A DNA stretch of 63,982 nucleotides, the filler included, from Basidioascus undulatus (lineage: Eukaryota), in assembly GCA_000826855.1 (NCBI GenBank). It is 4 parts of 4 records of this genome, joined end to end, with 100 filler letters (N's around TTAATTAATTAA, not from the genome) between each part and the next. Parts side by side here need not be neighbours in the genome. Positions count along the whole stretch, not along the records: positions 49,684 to 63,982 come from JTLS01000743.1; 3 more parts are not named here. One strand, 5' to 3'. Below are positions 63,087 through 63,982 of the stretch, piece by piece; position 1 is the first letter of the stretch, and every line of letters begins with the position of its first letter. The translations under genes and the position numbers were made by a program. The notes under the pieces were generated by a model. It worked only from the letters and a program-made list of their open reading frames with translations. It searched no databases and was not told the DNA's origin.

Positions 63087-63982
63087 CGCGAGGCGGCGCG
63101 CGAGCGTGAACATCGCGCGGACGAGCTTCTCGCTCTGTTCCATTCCCCATCACCATTCCCGTCAGTCCACCTGCCAACCAACGAACCAATAACCCGGAGG
63201 CGGAAAAGCCGAAAACGAGAAGGGAAAGGACGAAGGGGAGTGGGAAGAGAATGGGGGGGCCGGGGCGGGACCAGAAGGAAGAAGGTAGAACATGAAGCTG
63301 TTGAACGCACCTCGCCCAAATACATATCCAACAAATCCGACGGCTTGATCGAAATCATCCGCGCGCCGCTCTCGCGCGCGAGCGCGCGCACCACAAGCGT
63401 CTTGCCCGTCCCCGGCGGGCCGAAGAGCAGCGCGCCGGTCGTCGAATGGTTCTTGAGCACGCCTGAGGCGAATGCTTGGGGGTAGCTGGTTTGTCCCAAT
63501 GCATCAAGTCAGTTCTCGGGAACCTCGAATTCTCGTACTTGGAAGGGGGAGGGTGGGGTGAGGAGGAAGGGGGGAAGGGGAAGAGTGAAAAGGCGTACAG
63601 CAAAGGAAGGGACACGATCGACCGCAGTGCGTCCGTCGTCTGCTCCGGCAAAAACGCATCCTCAAACGTCGTCCCCACCCGCCTGGCATCCACAATAGCG
63701 CTCAACAGTCTCTGCTCATGCTGCCCCAGATCCTCAGCCGCCTTCACGCGCTCCACCACCTCATCTTTCTCTCCTTCTCCCCCGACGCCGCCCTCCGCAC
63801 CATCGACTGCGTCAAGCTCGGCCGCAGCCAAAGCAGCCGCCGTGCGCTCGCCGGTTGCATTCGCCCATGCGCGCCGCGCGGCATGCGAGGCGCGCAGGGT
63901 TGCCCAGGCGCGGGAGAGGGTGGGGAGGGTGATTGGCTGGGAGGGGGAAAGGGAGAGGGAGAGGAGGGAGAGGGAGAGGATG
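61916..63982 (-). CDS. Msp1/ATAD1-like AAA+ ATPase (long fungal form), 5' part outside the window
   Basis: [13 protein letters not shown] (Walker A), [14 protein letters not shown] (Walker B), [26 protein letters not shown] (SRH), [30 protein letters not shown]. Confidence 0.92.

Noticed and set aside
185..63831. Many long overlapping or antisense ORFs in the ORF track
   Set aside because: Shadow frames of GC-rich exons of the genes called above; no independent motifs.
1..63982. CRISPR arrays, rRNA, intact transposase or reverse transcriptase, viral genes
   Set aside because: No repeat-spacer periodicity or diagnostic motifs seen on either strand.

Overview
Eukaryotic DNA, most likely an extremely intron-rich basidiomycete fungus (lineage inferred from GC-rich exons and dense 50-100 nt GT/GC-AG introns with CTRAY branch sites; no taxonomic marker present). 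Three 100-nt N/TTAATTAATTAA scaffold gaps split it into four contigs. Apparently intact genes: an intronless HSL-family alpha/beta hydrolase, a PDR-type ABC transporter (~48 introns), IRE1 (5' part lost in a gap), kinesin-5 (BimC), an NAD(P)-dependent aldehyde reductase/epimerase, tRNA-Ser(AGA), a large Ser/Pro-rich protein, a bestrophin/UPF0187 channel (partial), a DHA1 MFS transporter and an Msp1-like AAA ATPase (partial). A voltage-gated proton channel (Hv1) gene, invisible in the ORF track, was also assembled by hand. About six decaying genes are present (DUF1338/HglS, SDR, DUF6533-like, quinone oxidoreductase, two orphans). Most notable: the Hv1 gene, frame-required 1-nt and 2-nt exons, a DMG-type Ire1 kinase, an inverted partial gene copy and two palindromic repeat structures. 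I did not find a clearly new multi-gene system. All splice models are manual and unverified by transcripts.
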